From assembly GCF_030684315.1 (NCBI RefSeq), contig NC_081396.1, forward strand, positions 8,795,628-8,859,627: 64,000 nt of DNA. Reading direction: 5' to 3'. The DNA comes from Stegostoma tigrinum. Its lineage: Eukaryota. The position numbers and the translations under genes are program-made. Position 1 is the stretch's first letter. Each line of letters starts with the position of its first letter. Below are positions 51,721 to 64,000 of this stretch, piece by piece. Below the pieces are notes generated by a model, which saw nothing but the letters and a program-made list of their open reading frames with translations, was not told where the DNA came from and searched no databases.

Positions 51721-52331
51721 GTAGAGTAAGATCAAACCAAGAGAAATGTTGTAGAATTTTATCTCGGATGACTGAAAGATTTTTTCTTTGGTAAACCTTT
51801 TTTTCTAGGAAATGGGAAGGATTGGTCGACGAGAAACTCAAACGAAACACATCATGCGTTTAGCTCTGGGCAATGCACCCAAGGATGAAAATCACTGTGT
51901 TGGCCTCAGACAGAGCACAGAGAGATTTAACCAAATAACACTTCAAATGCACTGCTGAAGTTTGAGGTTAGACTGCAAAAAAAATAGTCATTACAGCACA
52001 GACTAGGCTAACTGGTACATCAAGTCTCATCATTGTCCTTCTCTGAATGACATGAGTGAACCAGTTGGGTTTTTATGGCAAGTCAACAGCTTTCATGGTC
52101 ACTTTTCGCTAGTGCTGGCCCCACAAATTACCAGATTCATCCAATTCGATTTCACAACCAGCATTCGTGTTTCACGCATTTTCTCTCACTGCCTGTTTTT
52201 TTAGTTTTAAATCAGTTTCACAGGGTAGTAGAAAGGGAGGGTTTAAAGTTGTGAAGCTGATTCCAAACATCACTTTAGGATTTGATGGAATTGACCGACA
52301 TAATATAACTTGAATGTCATCAGATTTGAAC

Positions 52332-53510
<1,179 letters not shown>

Positions 53511-53570
53511 ACAGCGATGGATTTTCGTCTTTGTGTTATCCAGGATTGAACCATGTTCATTTGAGTCTGT

Positions 53571-54104
53571 GATAATAAAATGTGAAGCTGGATGAACACA
53601 GCAGGCCAAGCAGCATCTCAGGAGCACAAAAGCTGACGTTTCGGGCCTAGACCCTTCATCAGAGAGGGGGATGGGGTGAGGGTTCTGGAATAAATGGGGA
53701 GAGAGGGGGAGGCGGACCGAAGATGGAGAGCAGGGCTGAAGAGATTACAAGAGAGTTGCAGCGGGAGAGAGATTCCCTGAGGTTGGTCCGGAGGGAGGAG
53801 GGTAACTTCTTCAGGTTAGGCATCCCTGGAAGAGGCTTCGCAGTGAGGTTAAAATTGTATCAGTGATAATGGGAGCTGCAGATTCTGGAGAATCCAAGAT
53901 AACAAAGTGTGACGCTGGATGAACACAGCAGGCCAAGCAGCATCACAGGAGCACAAAAGCTGACGTTTCGGGCCTAGACCCTTCATCAGAGAGGGGGATG
54001 GGGGGAGGGAACTGGAATAAATATGGAGAGAGGGGGAGGCGGACCGAAGATGGAGAGTAAAGAAGATAGGTGGAGAGAGTGTAGGTGGGGAGGTAGGGAG
54101 GGGA
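53571..54104 (-). mobile_element. Non-autonomous internally deleted PLE, copy 2, with two intact hammerhead motifs 327 nt apart
   Basis: 14-bp TSD TCATTTGAGTCTGT (53557-53570 / 54105-54118). Confidence 0.9.
53633..53663 (-). ncRNA. Minimal type I hammerhead ribozyme motif (second copy at ~53960-53990)
   Basis: CUGAUGA-A-GGGUC-UA-GGCCC-GAAA-C-GUC: conserved core, stem II, palindromic ACGU stem III. Confidence 0.65.
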
Positions 54105-54653
54105 TCATTTGAGTCTGTTTCGCCTTACTGTTAACCTCCAGCCCAATTATAGGAGTAAATATCTGAAATAAAAGTCAAATAACTCCATTTTTGTTAAATA
54201 CAGGATTTCCTCTTTGTAATACATCCAACGCATTCACTTTGAAGGTGGTCATCTCTCTCCCTGTCTCCTCTATCAGCAACAACAAGTGGAGCTTCTCTAT
54301 CACTAAGATCGAGACAATCTGATCAGCTGCCCCTGTTGCCTGTCTCCCTACCATTAGCCCGCCAGAATTCTCTCGAGTTCTTACTTGTCAGCTGCCTGAA
54401 GTTGTGGCTTTCTGCATCCAGTCCCTATACACGCTAGTCAGTTGATACTGGAGGGAGAGGTTTCAAATGACTGTTACAAGGACCGTCGTAGCCGCATTCG
54501 CTGACTGTGCAGCAGTGCGCTCGCCTCAGATTGCGCTCAGTTCATCTGGCCTCGCAGTTGTCCAACCTACAGTTACCAGCAGGGAACAGGTCGTTCACCT
54601 GCTGCACATGTAGCAAGGCATTCGCTGGTTTAACTGATCTGTTGACACACCCA

Positions 54654-55120
54654 CTGCATCCCTAAACCAGCCCAGTTCGTCCCCCCACTGCATCCCCAAA
54701 CCAGCCCAGTTCGTCCCCTCCCCCCACTGCACCACACAACCAGCCCAGCTCTTCCCCCCGACCCACTGCATCCCAAAACCAGTCCAACCTGTCTCTGCCT
54801 CCCTAACCGGTTCTTCCTCTCACCCATCCCTTCCTCCCACCCCAAGCCGCACCCCCATCTACCTATTAACCTCATCCCACCTCCTTGACCTGTCCGTCTT
54901 CCCTGGACTGACCTATCCCCTCCCTACCTCCCCACCTACACTCTCTCCACCTATCTTCTTTACTCTCCATCTTCGGTCCGCCTCCCCCTCTCTCCCTATT
55001 TATTCCAGTTCCGTCTCCCCATCCCCCTCTCTGATGAAAGGTCTAGGCCCGAGACGTCAGCTTCTGTGCTCCTGAGATGCTGCTTGGCCTGCTGTGTTCA
55101 TCCAGCCTCACATTTTATTA
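54654..55120 (+). mobile_element. PLE-1 3' terminus with ~30-39-bp tandem repeats
   Basis: CCACTGCATCCCAAAACCAGCCCAG x4; 14-bp TSD TGTTGACACACCCA. Confidence 0.85.
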
Positions 55121-55547
55121 TGTTGACACACCCAGTGCTTTTATGCTGATGGAAGACCTTTTTAAATGTCTGGAGTTCTGCAAGTTTTTGTAAAATGTCG
55201 CGTGGGTCTTTTGCTCAACACTGAAGAGAGATGTGCTCTCTCCGTGGTGCTGCGTTCGAGTCGTTATCTGAATTCGCCCACGGGGAGAGGCCGTTCATCC
55301 GCTTCAAGTGCGGGAGGAAATTCACCCTGTTACTCCCACCTCAATGAACAGCAATGTATCCACAATGGTAGGAATCCGTTTCAAAGTCCCTGCTTGGAAA
55401 AAAAATGGATCTGCTTCAACAAACACACCCGTGCTAGTGAGAGGATATTCACCTTTTGCGGGAAGAGATTCACTTACTCATCTCAGCTGCAGCTGAGACA
55501 CCAGCATGTTCATGCCTCCAATGTGCAAATAATCACACCTAGGACTG

Positions 55548-55743
55548 TGATAGCAAAGTGTGAAGCTGGATCTGAACACCCAGGACTGAGATAGTAGAAC
55601 CGCAGTTGCTGGAGAATCTGAGATAAGAAGGTGTAGAGCTGGTTAAACACAGCAGGCCCGGGTCTAGACCCGAAATGTCAGCCTCCCTGCTCCTCTGATG
55701 CTGCTTGGCCTGCTGTGTTCATCCAGCTCTACCCCTTGTTATC
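55548..55743. mobile_element. Fold-back PLE-terminus element
   Basis: 15-bp TSD TCACACCTAGGACTG. Confidence 0.75.
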
Positions 55744-57292
55744 TCACACCTAGGACTGAAGCGTGTTCATTCTGACAGTTGGTTTTTCTTTCTGTCTTTC
55801 CTTCCTGACAGTCTGGCCTCATGTGATAGTAGATTACCGGGGCGGCCGATTCCATGGCACGGACAGAAATCAACCTGAACACGTTTCTTCAGGGTCACAC
55901 CGAAAGAGACGAACAGCGTGTCGGTTTTTGTTTAGAATCAGGAAGTACAACAGGGAATACTGGAAACATGCTGCCGAATACCGAGATTGGCGTCGAACAG
56001 GAAACTCAGTCCACCCACCTGATGGTATACCAGCGGGTCAACAGCAGGGAGAAACCAATTAAATGTCCAGACTGTTGGAAGTGCTTTTAAAAGTTCCTGG
56101 GAACTGATCTCCCGTCAAAGTATTTGCACTGATGAGAGACCATTCGGGTGATCATCTCACCTCACAGCGAATTCATATGAGGAGAGGCCCTTTACCTGCT
56201 TTGAATGTGGTAAAGGATTCACTCAGTCATTCAATTTGCTACAAAATCAGCGAGTTCACAGAAGTAACTAATGTGATGGGATTTTGAACTGATCTCATCC
56301 AGAACTGAACTTGTGTTCATTAGAATCTATTTCTGCTGATGTTAATATTAAAACTTTTCTTTAACTCTTCCTTCTTTTGTAGCCATTATTTATTGCCCAG
56401 AAGAGTGGCTTATTCGGCTATTTTAACTATTTCAAAGAGCAGTTGGGAGTTAACCTTGTAACTGTGAATCTGAAGTCAGTTGTCGTGCCGACCGGGTAAG
56501 GATGATAGATCACCTTCTCTCAAGGTCATGGCTGAACCAGACCTGTTGTTCCAACAATCAATGGTAGTTTCATGGAGACTAGCTTTCAATTCCAAACTTT
56601 ATTCAAATGCTGTGGTCAGTTTCACACAGTGTTCCTTGAGCACTAATATCTGGATTATTAGTCCACTATGCAGCGAACTCATTCTAAACCCCAGCTCAGT
56701 GATAGGGGTTAATATTCTGGACAATCAGCTTTGTGGAAAAAGAAAGTGTTGAGTCTTCCTAATGTCCTCACAGTTTGGTCCATTTTGAAGAGCTGTCTCC
56801 TCCTGCCTCTTTCCTCCATCTTCACCTCTAGCAGCAAGTACAAGGAGCTGACAGAGCTTCTTTGTCACTAAGCTGAAGCAGACTCTGAGACAGTTCATGT
56901 CCAAATGCAGAGAGACGTGCACAGTATCCATGCAGGGGGTTAAAAAGTGACAAGTAATTTTCACACCGAACAGAGGCTAGGCAATGACCATATCTGACTA
57001 GGAAGAATCTAATCATTGCACCTCACCAGTTAATGGCATCACCTTTTCTGGAACCCTTCACTGTCAACATCCTGAGCATTACTGTTGACCTGAAAATGAA
57101 CTGGACTGTGCATATGCATGCTCTGGCTACAAGACCAGGTCAGAGGCCAGGAATCCTGCAACCAATAACTCAACTCCTGACTCCCCACTGTAAATGTCCA
57201 CCATTTACAAGGCACAAGTCAGGAGCGTCATGGAATACTCTCCACTTGCCTGGATGAGTGCAGCTCTGACAACACTCGAGACACTCAACACA

Positions 57293-58654
57293 TTCAAAAT
57301 TCTAAAACTCTGTACTAATTTATATTTCTCCTCAACTATTTGAATTCACGAGCTGAACAATGTTGCCTTCCCTTTGGTTAAGCTTACCTGAGACTTAAAA
57401 ATAATTTCCAGTTCAACTGAATGAATCCCACTCCACGTCTCAGGCAACAGAACTGCTTCTCTCCAGTTTGAACATCCTGGTATACAATGAGGTCAGATGA
57501 ACATGCAACAAACCTGTGTTAGACATACTAAACACACATGAGTCACTGTGTATCTGACATAAATCCAGTCAATTTGAGTTTTACTCAGAATGTTAACACA
57601 TCTAGCTGGGCTGGAGTTAATCAGCATTAATCAAAAGATACCCCAATGAACTTGATTCGATCCTGGAAGAGATCTATAACAGAATCTAATCATTGTCATT
57701 CATTGTAAACTCTCAGCAGGTTGACAGAGTGACAAAGCAGCCCGCTTGATTGACACCAGGTCCACAATCCATCACTCCATCCACCACAGAAATTCTGCAT
57801 GACTTCTTAGGGAGCTCCTTCTAAATCCGGGATCACTAGAAGGACAAGTGCAGCAGATACATGGGAAAACTACCCCCTCCCCCCGGCAAGTTTCTCTCGA
57901 AGCCAATCATCAACTTGGGAATACATCACAGTTCCTTCAGTGTTCATGGGTCAAAATTCAAGAACTCCTTCCCTGCCAGCATTAACTACCGATGCACAGC
58001 GCATGGATTGCAACGGTTCAAGAAAGCAGCTCACCACCACCCTCTCATAGGGCAACTGGCATAGGCAATAAATGCTGACCCATCTAGAGACAGCAACATG
58101 AATAAGCAAGCGGAAACTGCAGTGATTGTATTGTCTCACTCTGTCAACCTGCTGAGAATTTACAATGAATGACAATGATTAGATTCTGTTATAGATCTCT
58201 TCCAGGATTGAATCAAGTTCATTGGGGTATCTTTTGACTAATGCTGATAAACTCCAGGCCAGCTCGATGTGTTAACATTCTGAGTAAAACTCAAATAGAC
58301 TGGATTTATGTCAGATACACAGTGACTCATGTGTGTTTAGTATGTCTAACACAGGTTTGTTGCATGTTCATCTGACCTCATTGTATGCCAGCATGTTCAC
58401 GCTGGAGAGAAGCAGTTCAGTTGCCTCAGATGTGGAGTGGGATTCATTCAGTTGAACTGGAAATTATTTTTAAAGTCTCAGGTAAGCTTAACCAAAGGGA
58501 AGGCAACATTGTCCAGCTCGTGAATTCAAATAGTTGAGGAGAAACAAAGAAACCTACAGCACAGGAACAGGCCCTTCAGCCCTCCAAGCCTGCGCCGATC
58601 AAGATCCTCTGTCTAAGAGGAATATAAATTAGTACAGAGTTTTAGAATTTTGAA
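57293..58654. repeat. Long inverted repeat: arms 57293-57732 and 58136-58654, ~400-bp spacer
   Basis: Arms are reverse complements with scattered mismatches; the right arm carries an extra ~70-bp CR1 tail (58544-58616). Confidence 0.95.
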
Positions 58655-59479
58655 GCTATGAAGCAAAGTTAGTAAAGCCCAAATGTTTAATCATCATATA
58701 TCCACACAATCAAACTGTAATTTCAGAATGTTGCTGGAAAAATACACACTTTGTCAAAACTTTTCATGTTACTCTCATCAGGGTGATTCACAAGAATACC
58801 GATTCAAAGGGAAAAGCAACATTTATAGATCATGGGAGGAGAATGCTGATTGGTTGTCGAGTGGACTCCAATTGTTAGAGGTGTTGCCATGCAGTATATT
58901 GTGCTGCTGAATGACAGATGAAAAGCCTTTTTTAAGCAAAACTCAGTTCTGCATGACCAAATGACCACTTCTTAGTATCTATCTGAAGTTAAAATAATTT
59001 GCTCTTCCTTTTGTGCACTAGGTTAATTTTAACATGATAACCCTAAAAGCAGTCGTGAGCATACTCATCGTATCTGACAAAAGATTGATCGGATCCAGGA
59101 ATGCACATTCCTTTTGGATAATTCTGGCTCACAGGGTCGGTAGAGATGGGATTTTTAATGCCAATGTTCAAGAGCCTCCCTCACATTGTACTATTGAGTA
59201 ATTTGATTGTTTGTCACATTCTTTAATTTTGTTTAATGATTCTTACCTTTGTGCATAATTGACCCCAATAACAGAGCAATGAACTGTTCAATATGTTCCC
59301 TTAATCTGATTCTTCATATCATTTGGAAATGTTTTTCTTTCTAACTTTTATTCCAATCTTATTTAAACACATTATTTGCAGACATTTCATGTCTGCAGAT
59401 TCTAACTTTGGATTTAAACAGACTGTTCTTTGATTAATCTCTTAACATAAAATCACTTTGCAACAACATCTCATTCAGA

Positions 59480-60290
59480 ATGAGAGGTCATCATTTTCGA
59501 CTAAGGGGTGGCAAATTTAAAATAGGGAACAGGATGAATTACTTCTCTCAAGGGTCATGAATTTGTGGAATTCAGTACCCCAGGGTGCTGCAGATGCCAG
59601 TATACTGGATAAATTTAAGGAGGAGAGAGAGATATTTTTAATTTATAATGGGTTGAAGGGTTATTGGGAGCAGGCAGGAAAGTAGGGTTGAGGCTGAGAT
59701 GAGATCAGTCACGATTGTATTAAATGGCAGAACGGGCTTAAGAAGCTGAATTTGCCTGCTCCTGCTCCTAATTCTTACAGAGCATGGAAACAGACCCCTC
59801 AGCCCAACTAGTTCATGCCAACCATGTTCCCAAACTAAACTGGTCCCACTTGCCTGCATTTCGCCCATATCCCTCCAAACCTTCCCTGTTTATTTATTTA
59901 TCCAAAATGGCTTTTGAATGTTGTAACTGTACCTGCGTCCACCACTTCCTCTGGCAGTTCATTCCACACACAAATCGCTCTCTGTGTCAAAAAGTTGCCC
60001 CACATGTCTTTTTTAAAACTTTCTCCTCTCATCTCAAAAATATGCCCTGGTTTTGAACTCCCTGACCCGAGGGAAAATACCCTTGCTGTTCAATCTATGC
60101 CCCTTGTGATTTTATAAACCTCTATAACGTCACCCCTCAACCTCCTAGGCTCCAATGAAAAAAGTCCCAGTCTATCCAGCCTCTCCTTATAACTCAAACC
60201 GTCCACTGTGCAGTATTGCAGAAAAGGCCTCACCAACGTCCTGTACAACCTCAACATGATGCTCCCGACTCCTGTACTCAGAGGTCTGAA
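59480..60290. mobile_element. Two tail-to-tail CR1 3' fragments
   Basis: Plus copy 59480-59770, minus copy 59775-60290. Confidence 0.75.
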
Positions 60291-60646
60291 TGGTGAAATA
60301 TTTCACATTGTCAGAATTGCTCACCATTTTGCTGATGAAAAGCAATTCACTGCATTTCGTAGAATAGAATGTTTCCATCGATATGTACAAGGTCTACCTG
60401 CCATCATTTAGTTTTGCTTCATTTTCATCCATTACCTAATATTGCTTGGGAATTTGCATGCATCTTTTCATCAGTGGTTTGTGGATTTATTGTGTTCTAT
60501 TTTACTTTTCTCTGCCCAGTACACTTGTGTGTGTTACTATTCATCCACATTTGGATGAACCAATCTGAGAAAAGTAAGATTAAATTGTTGCCATAGAATT
60601 CAATGTAAAAAGATTGCCAATATAAACATGTTCCTACAAATGTGTT

Positions 60647-60880
60647 TCAGAGATAATGGGAACTGCAGATGCTGGAAAATCTGAGATAATAAGGTGTGGA
60701 GCTGGATGAATGCAGCAGGCCAAGCAGCATCAGAGGAGCAGAAAAGCTGATGTTTCGGGCCTATATCCTTCTTCAGAAAAGACTTCTGAAGAAGGGTCTC
60801 GGCCTGAAACGTCAGCCTTCCTGCTCCTCTGATGCTGCTTGGCCTGCTGTGTTCATCTAGCTCTGCACCTTGTTATCTCT
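60647..60880. mobile_element. Fold-back PLE-terminus element with hammerhead-like motifs on both strands
   Basis: Inverted arms around CTTCTTCAGAAAAGACTTCTGAAGAAG. Confidence 0.8.
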
Positions 60881-61836
60881 TCCTGCAAATATGTGTAATT
60901 TTTCTGCATATGAGTTCATCATTAACTGTCTAATTTTAAACTGGGATTCCTACATTTATATGCATTCAAGGCAGTCAAAACTGCTGAGACCTTTCTTTAG
61001 AATTGTAGGATGAGAACAGGTAGTGGTGGTTGTGGTTGGGAAATGAAGAAAGTACTTGCTTCTTTACTAATATTCAAGAGAATTAACATCGTACTTTGTA
61101 AACCACAAAGTTTCAAAAGTATAAAGTATTTTGTCGGTACCTGGTACTGGAACAAACAGATTTCTTTGGCACGTTTTATATCGTGGGTCTGTGTCAAGCA
61201 AAACCACTCTGCCATTCTGTTTCAATACATCAAAATATTTTAATATTAATCATAGCCATACAATGTTTGTACTGTGCCTTTTCCTGCTCAACTGAACATG
61301 GAAGTAGTCAGCGTGTCCCGCATCGAATACAGATGCTGCTCACCTGCGCGCATACATCGCTTCTCTTCATAGTCTTTGCTCAACAAGATACAGTGCCATT
61401 CTATTCCTGTCATTAGTATCATAAGCTGGTTAGTAATAGGTACACAGGTATGACTATGATATGGTTTTGAATATTTCCTCTGTGTCAAGTAAAATGCAAT
61501 TAATTTCCAGAAAACTCGTTCTGCTAGGCAATCCTAGAAGTTCTGTAGTTGAAAGCTGCAAAGCTTTCAATCCTTCCCATCGTGGTCCAAAATAACTGAC
61601 CTCTTGTCCCAAGGTATGATTTTTCATCTCGAATGCTGCAGGCAGAGGAAACAGCCCCTCAGTACAGTACCAGAACAAACACTTTTAAGAGATAACCCAG
61701 TTATTAGCTTGTGACTCCTTTCAGAGTAATGTAAAGTAACAAAACTCAGAAATCCCATTTGATCTTTCCCCACTTGTCTTCATAAAGCTCCTAATTAACA
61801 AAAGGTGCAAATCAAGTATAAACATATACATACACA

Positions 61837-62143
61837 CACGGTGGCTCAGTGGTTAGCACTGCAGCCTCACAGCGCCAGGGACACGGGTTAGATTCCAGCC
61901 TCGGATAACTGTCTGTGTGGAGTTTGCACATTCTCCCCACGTCTGCGTGGGTTTCCTCCGGGTGCTCCGGTTTCCTCCCACAGTCCAAAGATGTGCAGGT
62001 TAGGTGGATTGGCCATGCTAAATTGCCCATAGTGTTCAGGGGTGGTGGGCTATAGGGGGATGGGTCTGGGTGGGATGTTTCACGGGGTGGTGTGGACTTG
62101 TTGCGCCAAAGGGCCTGTTTCCACACTGTAGGAAATCTAATCT
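61837..62143 (+). mobile_element. HE1-type V-SINE
   Basis: Head, V-domain and AATCT tail. Confidence 0.9.
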
Positions 62144-62219
62144 TTGGGTAGATGCTGAACTTATATCAATAATCGATTTCGAAAACTGGAGTCCATTGAG
62201 CAGATAAGTTAATACTTAT

Positions 62220-62417
62220 CAATAATGCACAGTAACCAACTTGACGAGTTGAGTGTTCCAGAAACAGGATTAATCCCTGATTCTGAGCCATTGCTGACCT
62301 GTTTAAGGGGTCAAATGCTAAATCTTGCAGCTGGTTTACTACTGCTGGAGTAGGTTCCCCAGTCATTGTGTCACCATCCACTATGTCATATGTTTTAATC
62401 AATTTTCTCAAGAATTC
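62220..62417 (-). pseudogene. ARMC1: Orphan duplicated first coding exon of ARMC1
   Basis: [49 protein letters not shown] matches the ARMC1 N-terminus ([50 protein letters not shown]); 4-codon deletion; donor reads ATAAGT. Confidence 0.8.
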
Positions 62418-62914
62418 CTATTTTAGTAACGTCTGTATCAGCGTAAACCTCAGTGAATTTAAAGCTTCATTTCCACAATGTACAAAGTTGAGACATGCTG
62501 ACTGCTATTGTTCTGCCTACAAAATATCCCAGAGTTTCCCACATTTTCCGCTTGGGAACTCTGCAGCCTTCTAGACTTAATATCAATGATTTTCGGGCTT
62601 GAGCAACTTCCCCCATCGCTTTTCCCCACATACCGGGCATTTGTCATCACATGGGCTCCTATCACACAAAATCTATTGTTTGCCACTATTGGACCCAATT
62701 AGCAGCTGTTCATTCTCCCAGGCTGATATTTACCTGGCCCTTTGTCTGTCCAACTGTTATTCTCTCACTTTGGACTCTATTTCCACCTATTGTTTACTCC
62801 TCTTGTCCCATCTTCTGAATAAATACCAACTTTTTCTCTGCTACCATCAATTGTGAAGGGACCCACAACATTAACTCTGCTTTCTCTCCACAGATGCTGC
62901 CAGGCCTTCTGAGT

Positions 62915-63268
62915 TCATAGAATCTCTATGGTGTGGAAGAAGGCCTTTTGGCCCATTGAATCCACACTCACCCTCCAAAGAGCATCCCACTCTGACTCCC
63001 ATCCCATTATCCTATCCCTGTAACCCTGCATTTCCCATGGCTAATCCATCTTGGCTGCACATCCCTGGACACTGTGGGCAATTTAGCATGGCCGATCCAC
63101 CTAACCTGCGCATCTTTCGATTGTGGGAGGAAAGCAGAGCATCTGGAGAAATCCCATGCAGCCACAGGAGAATGTACAACTCTACACAGACAATCACCCA
63201 AGTCCGGAATCGAATCCGGGTTTCTGGCACTGTGAGGCAACAGTACTAATCACTGAATCACTGTGCCG
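62915..63268 (-). mobile_element. HE1-type V-SINE inserted in a degenerate PLE terminus (62560-63315)
   Basis: Reverse-complement head and V-domain. Confidence 0.8.
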
Positions 63269-63524
63269 AGCTTTTCTGTTGTTGTGCCTGATTTCCAGTA
63301 TCCGCAGTTCCTTTGGGTTTATTTTACTCATAGGTCAAAGGGCCTGTTCCTGTGCTGCACTGTTCTATGTTCTATATTTTAGGGATTAAGAATTTCAGTT
63401 GTGAGGATAAGTTTGACTCTTTTCATTGAAGAAGTGATGAATGTTCTGATTTTAGTATTCAAAATAAAGAGAGGTAAAACAGAGTAAATAGGGGAAACTG
63501 TTCCCATTCATGACAGGATTGAGA

Positions 63525-64000
63525 TTTGTAGAGTTATACGGTACAGAAACAGACCATTCGGCCCAAAACAGGGTTCTTAAACTGAATTTTCCCTCTAAAC
63601 CTTTCCTATTCATGTTACTATCCAAATAGCTTTTAATTATTGTAACTGGATTCGGCTGTACCATTTTCCTCTGGCAGCTTATTCCATATATACAACATAT
63701 ACACAACTACTGTGAAAAAGTTGCCCCACAGGTCCCTTTTCATTCTTTCCCCTCTCACCTTAAACCAATGCCATCTAGTTTTGGACTCCCCTACCCCGTG
63801 GAAAACACCATGTCCAACCACCTTATCTATGCCCCTCAAGATTTTATAAACCTCTACAAGATCATCCTTCAGGCTCTTATGCTCCAGAGGAAAAGGTCCC
63901 AGCCTATTCAGCCTCTCTGTATAACCCTGCAGACTTAGTAATGTCCTTGTAAGTCTTTTTTGTACCCTTTCGGTTTAATAACATCCTTCCTATAACAGGG
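63525..64000 (-). mobile_element. CR1-clade LINE 3' fragment
   Basis: ORF 63633-63839 (MRGIDKV...WNKLPEE). Confidence 0.85.

Larger units (their letters stand above)
54570..56268 (+). pseudogene. Heavily decayed ZNF remnants (54570-55510, 55850-56268) with PLE insertions
   Basis: SFTCCTCSKAFAGLTDLLTH; REKPIKCPDCWKCF; [27 protein letters not shown]. Confidence 0.75.

Noticed and set aside
61141-61216. KRAK.ICL resemblance to an internal ARMC1 segment
   Set aside because: Only a 4-residue match with no flanking similarity; probably chance

Overview
Eukaryotic (vertebrate) genomic DNA, almost certainly from a shark or ray. The evidence is HE1-type V-SINEs, CR1/HER1-like LINEs and Penelope-like elements (PLEs); the exact species cannot be fixed from sequence alone. 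The window is a tandem C2H2 zinc-finger gene cluster. It has five open single-coding-exon ZNF genes with 7-16 finger units each and no KRAB/SCAN/BTB domain. It also has at least five decayed ZNF copies, four CpG-rich promoters (three apparently head-to-head) and an orphan ARMC1 exon. More than half of the window is retroelement debris. The main points of interest are: (1) a ~440-bp-arm inverted repeat built from ZNF coding and 3'UTR sequence, a candidate hairpin/endo-siRNA locus; (2) many PLE-derived minimal hammerhead-ribozyme motifs, including a 327-nt tandem retrozyme-like unit and a chimeric two-family PLE insertion; (3) 'constant' signature fingers shared by these effector-less ZNFs; and (4) a doubled YY1/THAP1-like composite motif downstream of the promoters. 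All coordinates were read by eye. Repeat boundaries are approximate and repeat family names come from recognition, not from a database search.
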